A stretch of 64,000 nt of DNA from Eledone cirrhosa (Eukaryota): NCBI GenBank assembly GCA_964016885.1, contig OZ024751.1, positions 32,736,001 to 32,800,000 of the forward strand, read 5' to 3'. Positions 10,709 to 25,083 of this stretch are shown one piece after another (the first letter of the stretch is position 1; each line of letters opens with the position of its first letter). A model generated the notes under the pieces. The model saw only the letters and a program-made list of their open reading frames with translations. It was not told where the DNA came from and ran no database searches. Position numbers and translations under genes: made by a program.

Positions 10709-13700
10709 ATTACAATACAAAACCTCTGAGAATGATTTCTAAGATATTTCACCATAATTAATTTTCATCAATATATATTAATATTATTATTGTTTATTAG
10801 GTCAGGTGGATTGGCCAGAACAATTCTACTCTTCTTTTTTAGATGTCACGATTTTTCATGGCATTCCTGAGATCATTAATCTCCAGCTGGAGATCCAGAG
10901 ACATCTGATGTATGTAGGTGAACCTCAGTCATCCCACTTGGCTCTTACTATGTTTAGGTATCCACCACAGGAGCCAGCTCATCAGGTCATCCTACCCTCA
11001 GCAGCAATGTCCAGCATCTATTGATTTCCGCTCCCTAGTTATTGTGGTAATCTTCGATATCTGGGAATATATTTCTTCTGCTTAAGGGAGTAATAAATAT
11101 ATAGTTTTAAAAAAAACATATATATACACACACATATATATATGTTGTCATTTATAAGAGTTCTCTATCAAAAGCCTTCTCTATGTCCAAAGCTAAGTAT
11201 AGTGGCTTATTTTTCTCTAAGAACCTCTTTTGTAGTTGTCTCACTAAGAAGAGGGCATCTGTTGCACTTTTCAGCGGCACAAAACCAAACTGCATCTCAT
11301 ACACATACATACATATACATACATACATACATACATATACACATACATACATACATCATCATCATCATCATCATCATCATTTCGTTTTAAGTCCGCTTTT
11401 TCCCTGCTTGTAAGGGTGGGACGGGAACTGATTCTGGCTTGATTTCTACAGCTGGATGCCCTTCCTAACACCAACCTCATTTACAGTGAGTGCTGAGTGC
11501 TTTTTTGCCGTGGCACCTCCACGACCACTTTGCAGTGGAATGATATGGACCCCAGTCCCTATCATCTCATTTCTACAGCTGAGTAAACTGGAGCAATGTG
11601 AAATAAAGTGTCTTGCTCAAGGAAACAACACATCACCCGGTCTGAGAATTGAACTCACAACCTTTCGATTGCCAGGCCAATGCTCGAACCACTAAGCCAT
11701 GTGCCTCCATATACATATACATATACATACACATACATATATATATACATACATACATATATACACATACATACATACACATACATACACATATACATAC
11801 ATATACATACATAGATATATATATATACATAATATAAATATACATACATACACATACATAAGCATATACACATAAGTATATATACATATACACACGTATA
11901 TATACATATACATACATACATATATACACATACATACATATATACATACATACACACATATATACATATACACATACATACATATACATACATATACACA
12001 TACATACATATATATATACATACACACACATATATACATACACACACATATATACAAACACATACATATACACATATATACACATACATACACATACATA
12101 TACATACATATACACATATACACTCATATATACATATACATACATACACACACATACATACATATATACATATACATACATAAAGACAAATCCACCTCAT
12201 GGACGAGAATGCAAGGGCTCCTCCTCTTTGTTTCGGCCGCGGATGGCTAACCCTAACCCCATCCCCGCTCCCCACCGCTCCCAACCTCCAAACGCAATCC
12301 AAAACTTCAGAGTTGGTACCATTAATGTAGGCACCTTATAGGGTGGCTCTAACGAGGTTGTAGAAATGCTTGAACGTAAGGAGGTCGATGTTTGTTGTAT
12401 TCAAGAGACCAGGTGGAGGGGTGGGTCTGCTAGATTCATCGTGGGTAAAGAACGATGCTATAAGCTTTTCTGTGTGGCAAATGACAATGGGCTGGGTATA
12501 CACATACCACCCCACCACTCCACCGCAAAGTGGTCGTGGAGGCGCCGCGGCCAAAAAGCACCCAGCCCACACTGTAAAGCTGACGTGGAGGTGCCACGGA
12601 AAAAAAAAAGCACCCAGCACTCACTGCAAACGGGGTTGGCGTCAGGAAGGGCACCCAGCTGTAGAAACCAATCCAGAATCAGCTCCCACCCCACCCTTGC
12701 AAGCATGGAAAAGCGGACGTATGATGAAGTTGATATTGATATATATATATATATATATATTAGTATATATATACACATATATATATACACACATATATAT
12801 CAGTGTACATATATATATACATATATATATATATATAAATGAATATTTATTCAATTTAAAGCGCCAATTATCTATATATAACAAGATATGAATTTTTCTA
12901 GGGATGGGGAAATTTTCAGTTTGTTTTTATATTTTCACTTCATTTTTTACTTTCTATTTAATACAGTCTTTGATCCAATATAATCCTGACAGTATTTGAA
13001 CCAGTTTACCTCATATATATGTATGCACACACAACACTCAAGTTTCGCCATCTACTGCTATTTCATTCATATTTATTGTTTAATTAACTCTGGTCTAATT
13101 CATCAACTATTGTTAATTATATTATTACGTAGATTTCTTATAAAATCTAGTGCATATATACGTGTATATATACAGGGAGACACTGTAATAGATGTAAAGA
13201 GAGTGGGAGATAGAGTTATAGAAGTAAAGAGAGGGGGAGAACTAAGCGGTAGATAGAGTAATAGATGTAAAGAGAGGGTTAGAACGTTCAACTTGACAGT
13301 CAGTACAATGTTCAGCATGGTAGCCAGTACATATGCCAACTACCCAACCGGCCAGCCAGCCGCATATGCGGTTGACTGGCCAGTTGGGCGGTTGGTATGT
13401 GGAACGTTCAACTACGCAGTCAGTACCAAAGTTCAACATTGTAGCCAGTGCATATGCCGATCGCCGCGCCCTCTTTGCTCTATTTTAATGACCTGGAACT
13501 AAGTAAAAAGAGTAGGAGATAACTCGACAAGAGCGGAGAGGGTGAGATTCGAACCATGTAAAGTCGTTGGCTCCTGAAGTTCGTAAGCGGAGCTGCTACT
13601 GACTGAGCAGCGCCGGCAGCAAGGCAAATCGCGCATAAAATAACGCTTATATCGACAAAAAAAAAAAAAAAATTTCAATGTTGCACTCTTGTTTGTTGTT

Positions 13701-14612
13701 CTTTTATTTTACGTAAACATTTCGCTGCTCTAGCCTCTTATTTCCTATTAGATTACACTTAATTCCATTAAACATTCATTCTTAGTCTCGTGGTAAACTA
13801 TTTCATCTATATTTATATCGCTGTTACAGCCTTTTATTTCTACATCTATCACCTATAGCCACTGTTACGCCGGTAGTATAAGTAGCTTTATAACAAGAAA
13901 CGATGATATAACTCCACAAAATGTCTTCTTCAGCAAGACACTTCACTTCATATTGCTCCAGTACACCGAGTTACACATAGACAGATACATACATACATAC
14001 ACAGATAGAAATGAGAGGTAGATAGAGTAAAAGATTTAAAGAGAGTGTGAGAAGTACGAGTTAGATAGTGTAAAAGATTTAAAGAGAGGGTGAGAGTGTG
14101 ACACACATTTATCTGTCTATCTCTCTCTATTTTAACACCGGTCGTTATAATTAGTTTTATAACACCGCTATATTACCGACATGAAAGAGGTAAATAATTA
14201 TTTCTTAAATGTTTAGAACATGTTTCTCTTGTCTTCTTAAATGTATAGAACATGTTTCTTATTTATATTCTTAACATAGCTAGGACCTTATCTCATTTAC
14301 TGGTCTCTACTTTTAGGGCTTTGCTGGTCCCATGTGCCCTCCATGAAGACACACTCGCCCCTTCTCTCTCAGTCTCCGTACTAATTACTACACATACGTA
14401 TATATATTTATTTTAAGAAACCTTAATGACAAATAATATAAAGTGTTTGTAAAGTGGGGAAGAGTAGTTTTACGGTGGGGTTGTTATATAGATATCGTTT
14501 TTGCAGTGGGGTCGTGACTGGCGTATAATAATGAGTCACTGTTGATGTATATACAAATCATGTTTTGGATATAAGTGAAGTTATTTAAGAGATTTAGTTG
14601 TTTTGTATACAT

Positions 14613-16590
14613 TCATAACGGTACGCGATGGGACCCACCCACAGCCCCGGCGGACAGAATGGAGAAGGCGTTTCCCCGGAGCACGGCAAGGGAGACGCGC
14701 TGGAAAAGCCACTCCAACTCGCGGGGCTCACACCTGCGGCTGGCCAGCTCAGCGCCTATGGTGGTGAGTAAGGAGGTAGCCCTGGGGCCGAGGACACCAG
14801 AAGTCTCCACTTCCAGGGGTACGACCGCAAACCTGTCGGAGAGTGAACGATATGTGAGGAGTTTGGCCCCCTCAGCCTGACGTGCAGCAGAACCTGGGCC
14901 AGTCGCAGACTGCACCAGGTTGCGGCTGCAGAAAGTGTCGGTGCAAGTGGCATCCCAGACGAGGGGTTTGCCACCGCGGAACGGGAAGATGGTCATGCCA
15001 TCTAGCCTTTTGCCGTCCCCTCGAGCTGGGAAGGGAAGCCTGCAGCGTCCAAGCCATGCTTAATGACTTCGTTGAGGGCAGCATGGCGTGGATTGCGGGT
15101 GGAGGCCGAAAGAGTCCATGGTGGAACGGCAGCGACATTGGTGTGAGGCCGAGCCTCAGGGAAACGCCGATGCGCAAGCTATTGTTGTCTAGCTGCGTGC
15201 GAGTGGAGAAGGAGGGCAGGGCATGGAGCCAGGCCCCACTGTGGGGTTTGGAGGCTGCACGAAAACAAACAAGGCGGTGCTGGTCGAGCTGGCACGTGAG
15301 CCTGTCTGAGGCCAGGCTGCACTGGATGGCATCCCAAGTGTGTTGGGGGGGACTTGACGTCAACAGGGGGAGAAGGAGGAGGAACGTCTACTGGGCTAAG
15401 TCCCAGCCGGTCCCACGTCTCACAGGCGGCGACGCGTTCTCTGAACACAGAGGGTTCTGTTGTGTTTTGAAGAACCCTGCTGAGGAGGACGTGGTACGAG
15501 GTTACCGACGAAAGATATGCCGGCAAAGCTATTGAGATCGGGGACTGGAGGTGAAGGCCGCCATACCTGACAGGTAAAGTTGCATATCTCATCGGCTGCT
15601 GCTCGGATACAAGTTTAGGTGTAGCACAGAGTGTATAGAGGAGCTTCGGCATGGCGTAGCAGTTCCTCAGCAGAAAGAGAACTGGGTGGCCATCAATCAA
15701 GCCCAGTCGGCTCGTGAGAGTCTGGACTTGATGGAGGAGCGGATGGCCGGCGGGTGGATCGGTGAGGGCATCCTCTTTGGGGGGTCACCTGAACCTGGCG
15801 GAGAATGGACCGCACGTCCAAGACGGAGACTGCAAAGCTTGCAGCATCGAGGCTGACATTCACCACCTCCGACTTGGCTGAGTTGACCTGGAGGTCGATT
15901 CCCGCCAGGGCAGGAACCACCGATTGAAGGTCATGGCAGACCGCCTGTACGGGCCCACCCAAAGTAGCATCATCCAGATACCAAACGTTGAGAGGGGCCG
16001 TTATACTCCAGGCGATGTGGTCAATACCAAGGGTGAACAGGAGGGGTCCCAAAGGGTTGCCCTGTTGGATCCCAGTAGCCAAGGGTATGACCGTATCAGC
16101 AGCATGGCGCATGCTTGGGGCTCCATATGACAGGTAGGCAGAGGGGGCTCGGCTGAGGCAGGCCTCGAGCAGATGATCCCAGCGTAAAGAGTTGAAGGCA
16201 TTCCTCATGTCAAACTTGACAATGAGGTGGCTGGAGTCCCTGGATGCCGGTTCCGAGTGTTACGGACTTGCAGGTTACCTTGGCAGCCAGCCTCCGGAAG
16301 ACATTGCCCACAGCAATGGGGCGTATGCCACCCTCTTTCTTCCTGAGAGCGGTGAAGCTGGCTGAAAAAAAGAGGCCTCGAGCATAAGAGTCCAGGGCGC
16401 CATGGATGAGCCTATTGGTGAGCGCCACAATTGCACTCAGAAGGCGGCGCCCGGCCTCAGCGGAGAGGGGAGATATCAACTCCTTGAGGAGGCCTGGTCA
16501 GAGACCATCAACATCACCGCAGCTGCTAGATGGGAAGGACCTGATGGCGGACATGATGTCTGCATCAGAAGCCACAAGGAGCAAGTGTGG
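14613..16590 (-). mobile_element. CRE-clade retrotransposon relic, unit 3
   Basis: Same motifs as unit 1; 26 bp knuckle deletion. Confidence 0.88.
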
Positions 16591-18630
16591 ATTACAATAC
16601 AAAACCTCTGAGAATGATTTCTAAGATATTTCACCATAATTAATTTTCATCAATATATATTAATATTATTATTGTTTATTAGGTCAGGTGGATTGGCCAG
16701 AACAATTCTACTCTTCTTTTTTAGATGTCACGATTTTTCATGGCATTCCTGATATCATTAATCTCCAGCTGGAGATCCAGAGACATCTGATGTATGTAGG
16801 TGAACCTCAGTCATCCCACTTGGGTCTTACTATGTTTAGGTATCCACCACAGGAGCCAGCTCATCAGGTCATCCTACCCTCAGCAGCAATGTCCAGCATC
16901 TATTGATTTCCGCTCCCTAGTTATTGTGGTAATCTTCGATATCTGGGAATATATTTCTTCTGCTTAAGGGAGTAATAAATATATAGTTTTAAAAAAAACA
17001 TATATATACACACACATATATATATGTTGTCATTTATAAGAGTTCTCTATCAAAAGCCTTCTCTATGTCCAAAGCTAAGTATAGTGGCTTATTTTTCTCT
17101 AAGAACCTCTTTTGTAGTTGTCTCACTAAGAAGAGGGCATCTGTTGCACTTTTCAGCGGCACAAAACCAAACTGCATCTCATACACATACATACATATAC
17201 ATACATACATACATATACACATACATACATACATCATCATCATCATCATCATCATCATTTCGTTTTAAGTCCGCTTTTTCCCTGCTTGCAAGGGTGGGAC
17301 GGGAACTGATTCTGGCTTGATTTCTACAGCTGGATGCCCTTCCTAACACCAACCTCATTTACAGTGAGTGCTGAGTGCTTTTTTGCCGTGGCACCTCCAC
17401 GACCACTTTGCAGTGGAATGATATGGACCCCAGTCCCTATCATCTCATTTCTACAGCTGAGTAAACTGGAGCAATGTGAAATAAAGTGTCTTGCTCAAGG
17501 AAACAACACATCACCCGGTCTGAGAATTGAACTCACAACCTTTCGATTGCCAGGCCAATGCTCGAACCACTAAGCCATGTGCCTCCATATACATATACAT
17601 ACACATACATATACATACATATATATATACATACATACATATATACACATACATACATACACATATACATACATATACATACATAGATATATATATATAC
17701 ATAATATAAATATACATACATACACATACATAAGCATATACAGATAAGTATATATACATATACACACGTATATATACATATACATACATACATATATACA
17801 CATACATACATATATACATACATACACACATATATACATATACACATACATACATATACATACATATACACATACATACATATACATACATATACACATA
17901 CATACATATATATATATACATACACACACATATATACATACACACACATATATACAAACACATACATATACACATATATACACATACATACACATACATA
18001 TACATACATATACACATATACACTCATATATACATATACATACATACACACACATACATACATATATACATATACATACATAAAGACAAATCCACCTCAT
18101 GGACGAGAATGCAAGGGCTCCTCCTCTTTGTTTCGGCCGCGGATGGCTAACCCTAACCCCATCCCCGCTCCCCACCGCTCCCAACCTCCAAACGCAATCC
18201 AAAACTTCAGAGTTGGTACCATTAATGTAGGCACCTTATAGGGTGGCTCTAACGAGGTTGTAGAAATGCTTGAACGTAAGGAGGACGATGTTTGTTGTAT
18301 TCAAGAGACCAGGTGGAGGGGTGGGTCTGCTAGATTCATCGTGGGTAAAGAACGATGCTATACGCTTTTCTGTGTGGCAAATGACAATGGGCTGGGTATA
18401 CACATACCACCCCACCGCCCCACCGCAAAGTGGTCGTGGAGGCGCCGCGGCCAAAAAGCACCCAGCCCACACTGTAAAGCTGACGTGGAGGTGCCACGGA
18501 AAAAAAAAAGCACCCAGCACTCACTGCAAACGGGGTTGGCGTCAGGAAGGGCACCCAGCTGTAGAAACCAATCCAGAATCAGCTCCCACCCCACCCTTGC
18601 AAGCATGGAAAAGCGGACGTATGATGAAGT

Positions 18631-18689
<59 letters not shown>

Positions 18690-20538
18690 TATATATATAC
18701 ACATATATATATACACACATATATATCAGTGTACATATATATATACATATATATATATATATAAATGAATATTTATTCAATTTAAAGCGCCAATTATCTA
18801 TATATAACAAGATATGAATTTTTCTAGGGATGGGGAAATTTTCAGTTTGTTTTTATATTTTCACTTCATTTTTTACTTTCTATTTAATACAGTCTTTGAT
18901 CCAATATAATCCTGACAGTATTTGAACCAGTTTACCTCATATATATGTATGCACACACAACACTCAAGTTTCGCCATCTACTGCTATTTCATTCATATTT
19001 ATTGTTTAATTAACTCTGGTCTAATTCATCAACTATTGTTAATTATATTATTACGTAGATTTCTTATAAAATCTAGTGCATATATACGTGTATATATACA
19101 GGGAGACACTGTAATAGATGTAAAGAGAGTGGGAGATAGAGTTATAGAAGTAAAGAGAGGGGGAGAAATAAGCGGTAGATAGAGTAATAGATGTAAAGAG
19201 AGGGTTAGAACGTTCAACTTGACAGTCAGTACAATGTTCAGCATGGTAGCCAGTACATATGCCAACTACCCAACCGGCCAGCCAGCCGCATATGCGGTTG
19301 ACTGGCCAGTTGGGCGGTTGGTATGTGGAACGTTCAACTACGCAGTCAGTACCAAAGTTCAACATTGTAGCCAGTGCATATGCCGATCGCAGCGCCCTCT
19401 TTGCTCTATTTTAATGACCTGGAACTAAGTAAAAAGAGTAGGAGATAACTCGACAAGAGCGGAGAGGGTGAGATTCGAACCATGTAAAGTCGTTGGCTCC
19501 TGAAGTTCGTAAGCGGAGCTGCTACTGACTGAGCAGCGCCGGCAGCAAGGCAAATCGCGCATAAAATAACGCTTATATCGACAAAAAAAAAAAAAAAATT
19601 TCAATGTTGCACTCTTGTTTGTTGTTCTTTTATTTTACGTAAACATTTCGCTGCTCTAGCCTCTTATTTCCTATTAGATTACACTTAATTCCATTAAACA
19701 TTCATTCTTAGTCTCGTGGTAAACTATTTCATCTATATTTATATCGCTGTTACAGCCTTTTATTTCTACATCTATCACCTATAGCCACTGTTACGCCGGT
19801 AGTATAAGTAGCTTTATAACAAGAAACGATGATATAACTCCACAAAATGTCTTCTTCAGCAAGACACTTCACTTCATATTGCTCCAGTACACCGAGTTAC
19901 ACATAGACAGATACATACATACATACACAGATAGAAATGAGAGGTAGATAGAGTAAAAGATTTAAAGAGAGTGTGAGAAGTACGAGTTAGATAGTGTAAA
20001 AGATTTAAAGAGAGGGTGAGAGTGTGACACACATTTATCTGTCTATCTCTCTCTATTTTAACACCGGTCGTTATAATTAGTTTTATAACACCGCTATATT
20101 ACCGACATGAAAGAGGTAAATAATTATTTCTTAAATGTTTAGAACATGTTTCTCTTGTCTTCTTAAATGTATAGAACATGTTTCTTATTTATATTCTTAA
20201 CATAGCTAGGACCTTATCTCATTTACTGGTCTCTACTTTTAGGACTTTGCTGGTCCCATGTGCCCTCCATGAAGACACACTCGCCCCTTCTCTCTCAGTC
20301 TCCGTACTAATTACTACACATACGTATATATATTTATTTTAAGAAACCTTAATGACAAATAATATAAAGTGTTTGTAAAGTGGGGAAGAGTAGTTTTACG
20401 GTGGGGTTGTTATATAGATATCGTTTTTGCAGTGGGGTCGTGACTGGCGTATAATAATGAGTCACTGTTGATGTATATACAAATCATGTTTTGGATATAA
20501 GTGAAGTTATTTAAGAGATTTAGTTGTTTTGTATACAT

Positions 20539-22516
20539 TCATAACGGTACGCGATGGGACCCACCCACAGCCCCGGCAGACAGAATGGAGAAGGCGTTTC
20601 CCCGGAGCACGGCAAGGGAGACGCGCTGGAAAAGCCACTCCAACTCGCGGGGCTCACACCTGCGACTGGCCAGCTCAGCGCCTATGGTGGTGAGTAAGGA
20701 GGTAGCCCTGGGGCCGAGGACACCAGAAGTCTCCACTTCCAGGGGTACGACCGCAAACCTGTCGGAGAGTGAACGATATGTGAGGAGTTTGGCCCCCTCA
20801 GCCTGACGTGCAGCAGAACCTGGGCCAGTCGCAGACTGCACCAGGTTGCGGCTGCAGAAAGTGTCGGTGCAAGTGGCATCCCAGACGAGGGGTTTGCCAC
20901 CGCGGAACGGGAAGATGGTCATGCCATCTAGCCTTTTGCCGTCCCCTCGAGCTGGGAAGGGAAGCCTGCAGCGTCCAAGCCATGCTTAATGACTTCGTTG
21001 AGGGCAGCATGGCGTGGATTGCGGGTGGAGGCCGAAAGAGTCCATGGTGGAACGGCAGCGACATTGGTGTGAGGCCGAGCCTCAGGGAAACGCCGATGCG
21101 CAAGCTATTGTTGTCTAGCTGCGTGCGAGTGGAGAAGGAGGGCAGGGCATGGAGCCAGGCCCCACTGTGGGGTTTGGAGGCTGCACAAAAACAAACAAGG
21201 CGGTGCTGGTCGAGCTGGCACGTGAGCCTGTCTGAGGCCAGGCTGCACTGGATGGCATCCCAAGTGTGTTGGGGGGGACTTGACGTCAACAGGGGGAGAA
21301 GGAGGAGGAACGTCTACTGGGCTAAGTCCCAGCCGGTCCCACGTCTCACAGGCGGCGACGCGTTCTCTGAACACAGAGGGTTCTGTTGTGTTTTGAAGAA
21401 CCCTGCTGAGGAGGACGTGGTACGAGGTTACCGACGAAAGATATGCCGGCAAAGCTAGTGAGATCGGGGACTGGAGGCGAAGGCCGCCATACCTGACAGG
21501 TAAAGTTGCATATCTCATCGGCTGCTGCTCGGATACAAGTTTAGGTGTAGCACAGAGTGTATAGAGGAGCTTCGGCATGGCGTAGCAGTTCCTCAGCAGA
21601 AAGAGAACTGGGTGGCCATCAATCAAGCCCAGTCGGCTCGTGAGAGTCTGGACTTGATGGAGGAGCGGATGGCCGGCGGGTGGATCGGTGAGGGCATCCT
21701 CTTTGGGGGGTCACCTGAACCTGGCGGAGAATGGACCGCACGTCCAAGACGGAGACTGCAAAGCTTGCAGCATCGAGGCTGACATTCACCACCTCCGACT
21801 TGGCTGAGTTGACCTGGAGGTCGATTCCCGCCAGGGCAGGAACCACCGATTGAAGGTCATGGCAGACCGCCTGTACGGGCCCACCCAAAGTAGCATCATC
21901 CAGATACCAAACGTTGAGAGGGGCCGTTATACTCCAGGCGATGTGGTCAATACCAAGGGTGAACAGGAGGGGTCCCAAAGGGTTGCCCTGTTGGATCCCA
22001 GTAGCCAAGGGTATGACCGTATCAGCAGCATGGCGCATGCTTGGGGCTCCATATGACAGGTAGGCAGAGGGGGCTCGGCTGAGGCAGGCCTCGAGCAGAT
22101 GATCCCAGCGTAAAGAGTTGAAGGCATTCCTCATGTCAAACTTGACAATGAGGTGCCTGGAGGCCCTGGATGCCGGTTCCGAGTGTTACGGACTTGCAGA
22201 TTACCTTGGCAGCCAGCCTCCGGAAGACATTGCCCACAGCAATGGGGCGTATGCCATCCTCTTTCTTCCTGAGAGCGGTGAGGCTGGCCGAAAAAAAGAG
22301 GCCTCGAGCATAAGAGTCCAGGGCGCCATGGATGAGCCTATTGGTGAGCGCCACAATTGCACTCAGAAGGCGGCGCCCGGCCTCAGCGGAGAGGGGAGAT
22401 ATCAACTCCTTGAGGAGGCCTGGTCAGAGACCATCAACATCTCCGCAGCTGCTAGCTGGGAAGGACCTGATGGCGGACATGATGTCTGCATCAGAAGCCA
22501 CAATGAGCAAGTGTGG
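20539..22516 (-). mobile_element. CRE-clade retrotransposon relic, unit 4
   Basis: Same motifs as unit 1; 26 bp knuckle deletion. Confidence 0.88.
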
Positions 22517-23157
22517 ATTACAATACAAAACCTCTGAGAATGATTTCTAAGATATTTCACCATAATTAATTTTCATCAATATATATTAATATTATTATTG
22601 TTTATTAGGTCAGGTGGATTGGCCAGAACAATTCTACTCTTCTTTTTTAGATGTCACGATTTTTCATGGTATTCCTGAGATCATTAATCTCTAGCTGGAG
22701 ATCCAGAGACATCTGATGTATATAGGTGAACCTCAGTCATCCCACTTGGGTCTTACTATGTTTAGGTATCCACCACAGGAGCCAGCTCATCAGGTCATCC
22801 TACCCTCAGCAGCAATGTCCAGCATCTTTTGACTTCCGCTCCCTAGTTATTGTGGTAATCTTCGATATCTGGGAATATATTTCTTCTGCTTAAGGGAGTA
22901 ATAAATATATAGTTTTAAAAAAAACATATATATACACACACGTATATATATGTTGTCATTTATAAGAGTTCTCTATCAAAAGCCTTCTCTATCTCCAAAG
23001 CTAAGTATAGTGGCTTATTTTTCTCTAAGAACCTCTTTTGTAGTTGTCTCACTAAGAAGAGGGCATCTGTTGCACTTTTCAGCGGCACAAAACCAAGCTG
23101 CATCTCATACACATACATACATATACATACATACATACATATACACATACATACATA

Positions 23158-23193
<36 letters not shown>

Positions 23194-24311
23194 TTCGTTT
23201 TAAGTCCGCTTTTTCCCTGCTTGCAAGGGTGGGACGGGAACTGATTCTGGCTTGATTTCTACAGCTGGATGCCCTTCCTAACACCAACCTCATTTACAGT
23301 GAGTGCTGGGTGCTTTTTTGCCGTGGCACCTCCACGACCACTTTGCAGTGGAATGATATGGACCCTAGTCCCTATCATCTCATTTCTACAGCTGAGTAAA
23401 CTGGAGCAATGTGAAATAAAGTGTTTTGCTCAAGGAACCAACACATCACCCGGTCTGAGAATTGAACTCACAACCTTTCGATTGCCAGGCCAATGCTCTA
23501 ACCACTAAGCCATGTGCCTCCATATACATATACATACACATACATACATACATACACACACATACATACATACATACACATATACATACACATATACATA
23601 CATATACATACATACATATATATATACATATACATACATACGCATACATAAGCATATACACAAGTATATATACATATACATACATACATATACATACATA
23701 CATACACACACACACATACATACACACACACACATATATACACATACATACATATATACACATACATACATATATACACATACATACATATATACACATA
23801 CATACATATATACACATACATATATATATACACATACATATATATATACACATACATATATATATACACATACATATATATATACACATACATATATACA
23901 CACACATACATATATACATACACACATACATATTTACATACACACACATATATATATACATACATACACACATATATATATACATACATACACACATATA
24001 CATACATACACACATATACATACATACACACATACATACATACACACATACATACATACACACATATATACATACATACATATACATATACACATATATA
24101 CACATACATATATACATATACATACATACATACACATACATACATACATACACATACATGCATATACATACATGCATATACATACATGCATATACATACA
24201 TGCATATACATACATACACACACATACGTACACATACATAAAGACAAATTCACCTCATGGACGAGAATGCAAGGGCTCCTCTTTGTTTCGGATGGCTAAC
24301 ATAACCCCATC

Positions 24312-24600
24312 AGAAAAAGCCCCCATCAGCCAGTTTATTCTACTTGTGGCTTGTTCTCCTGCTCAGGCAGTAAAACGATGTGCTTGATTAGCATTTCGTC
24401 TGATTTGCTGTTGTTCCTTAATTTGTTGTTCTCGAGTAGCAGTAGTCCTTTGTTCCCTTTCATCCAAACTGTGTGCTCTTGGTAAAGCTGTTTGGGCTCT
24501 GTTAGCAGCTAGACGGGCATGCCAAACTTCTTCACTTTCTTCAGATCGCTGTATTTTCTTTCTCTTAGCCCTGAAGATGACCTTCCATATAATGATCTGG
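24312..24600 (-). mobile_element. Possible Helitron Rep/Hel N-terminal fragment
   Basis: RAKRKKIQRSEESEEVWHARLAANRAQ...R/E/Q-rich...W..AF pattern resembles Helitron N-termini; no catalytic motif is visible. Confidence 0.4.
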
Positions 24601-25032
24601 AAGGTTACCGGTATGACAAAAGGCTCAATGCAAGTTTTCAAGTGTTTTACAGAACCGAGATACAAAGTGTTAAAATGATCAAATTTTACTTTAGAACATT
24701 TATTTGCTGACAATTGTTTCTTCCAGAGGGAAGTCTGGAATCATCGGAGCATAAGGAATGTTGAAACATTGCTTATAACTTTTATGCCTGTGATTTTTTT
24801 GCTTGTGCTTTTTACTTATACCTATTACACTTCCAACCAGTGCTGCCTGTAATTGTGTTCTTTCAAGCAGAACATCTTTTTAACTCCTGATTCTCCACAT
24901 GATGCCTTTGACACTAATAACAATTATGTATCTTAAATGTTCTGAATGATAGGATTTTAGTAACATGTTTCTGGAAGAAACAATTGTCAGCAAATAAATG
25001 TTCTAAACTAAAATTTGATCGTTTTAACACTT

Positions 25033-25070
<38 letters not shown>

Positions 25071-25083
25071 TGTATATATATAC

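Larger units (their letters stand above)
593..24311. repeat. Tandem array of ~5.9 kb composite units, about 4 copies
   Basis: The same ORF recurs at 2765, 8713, 14575 and 20501 (periods 5948, 5862, 5926), and all internal modules recur in the same order. Confidence 0.97.
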
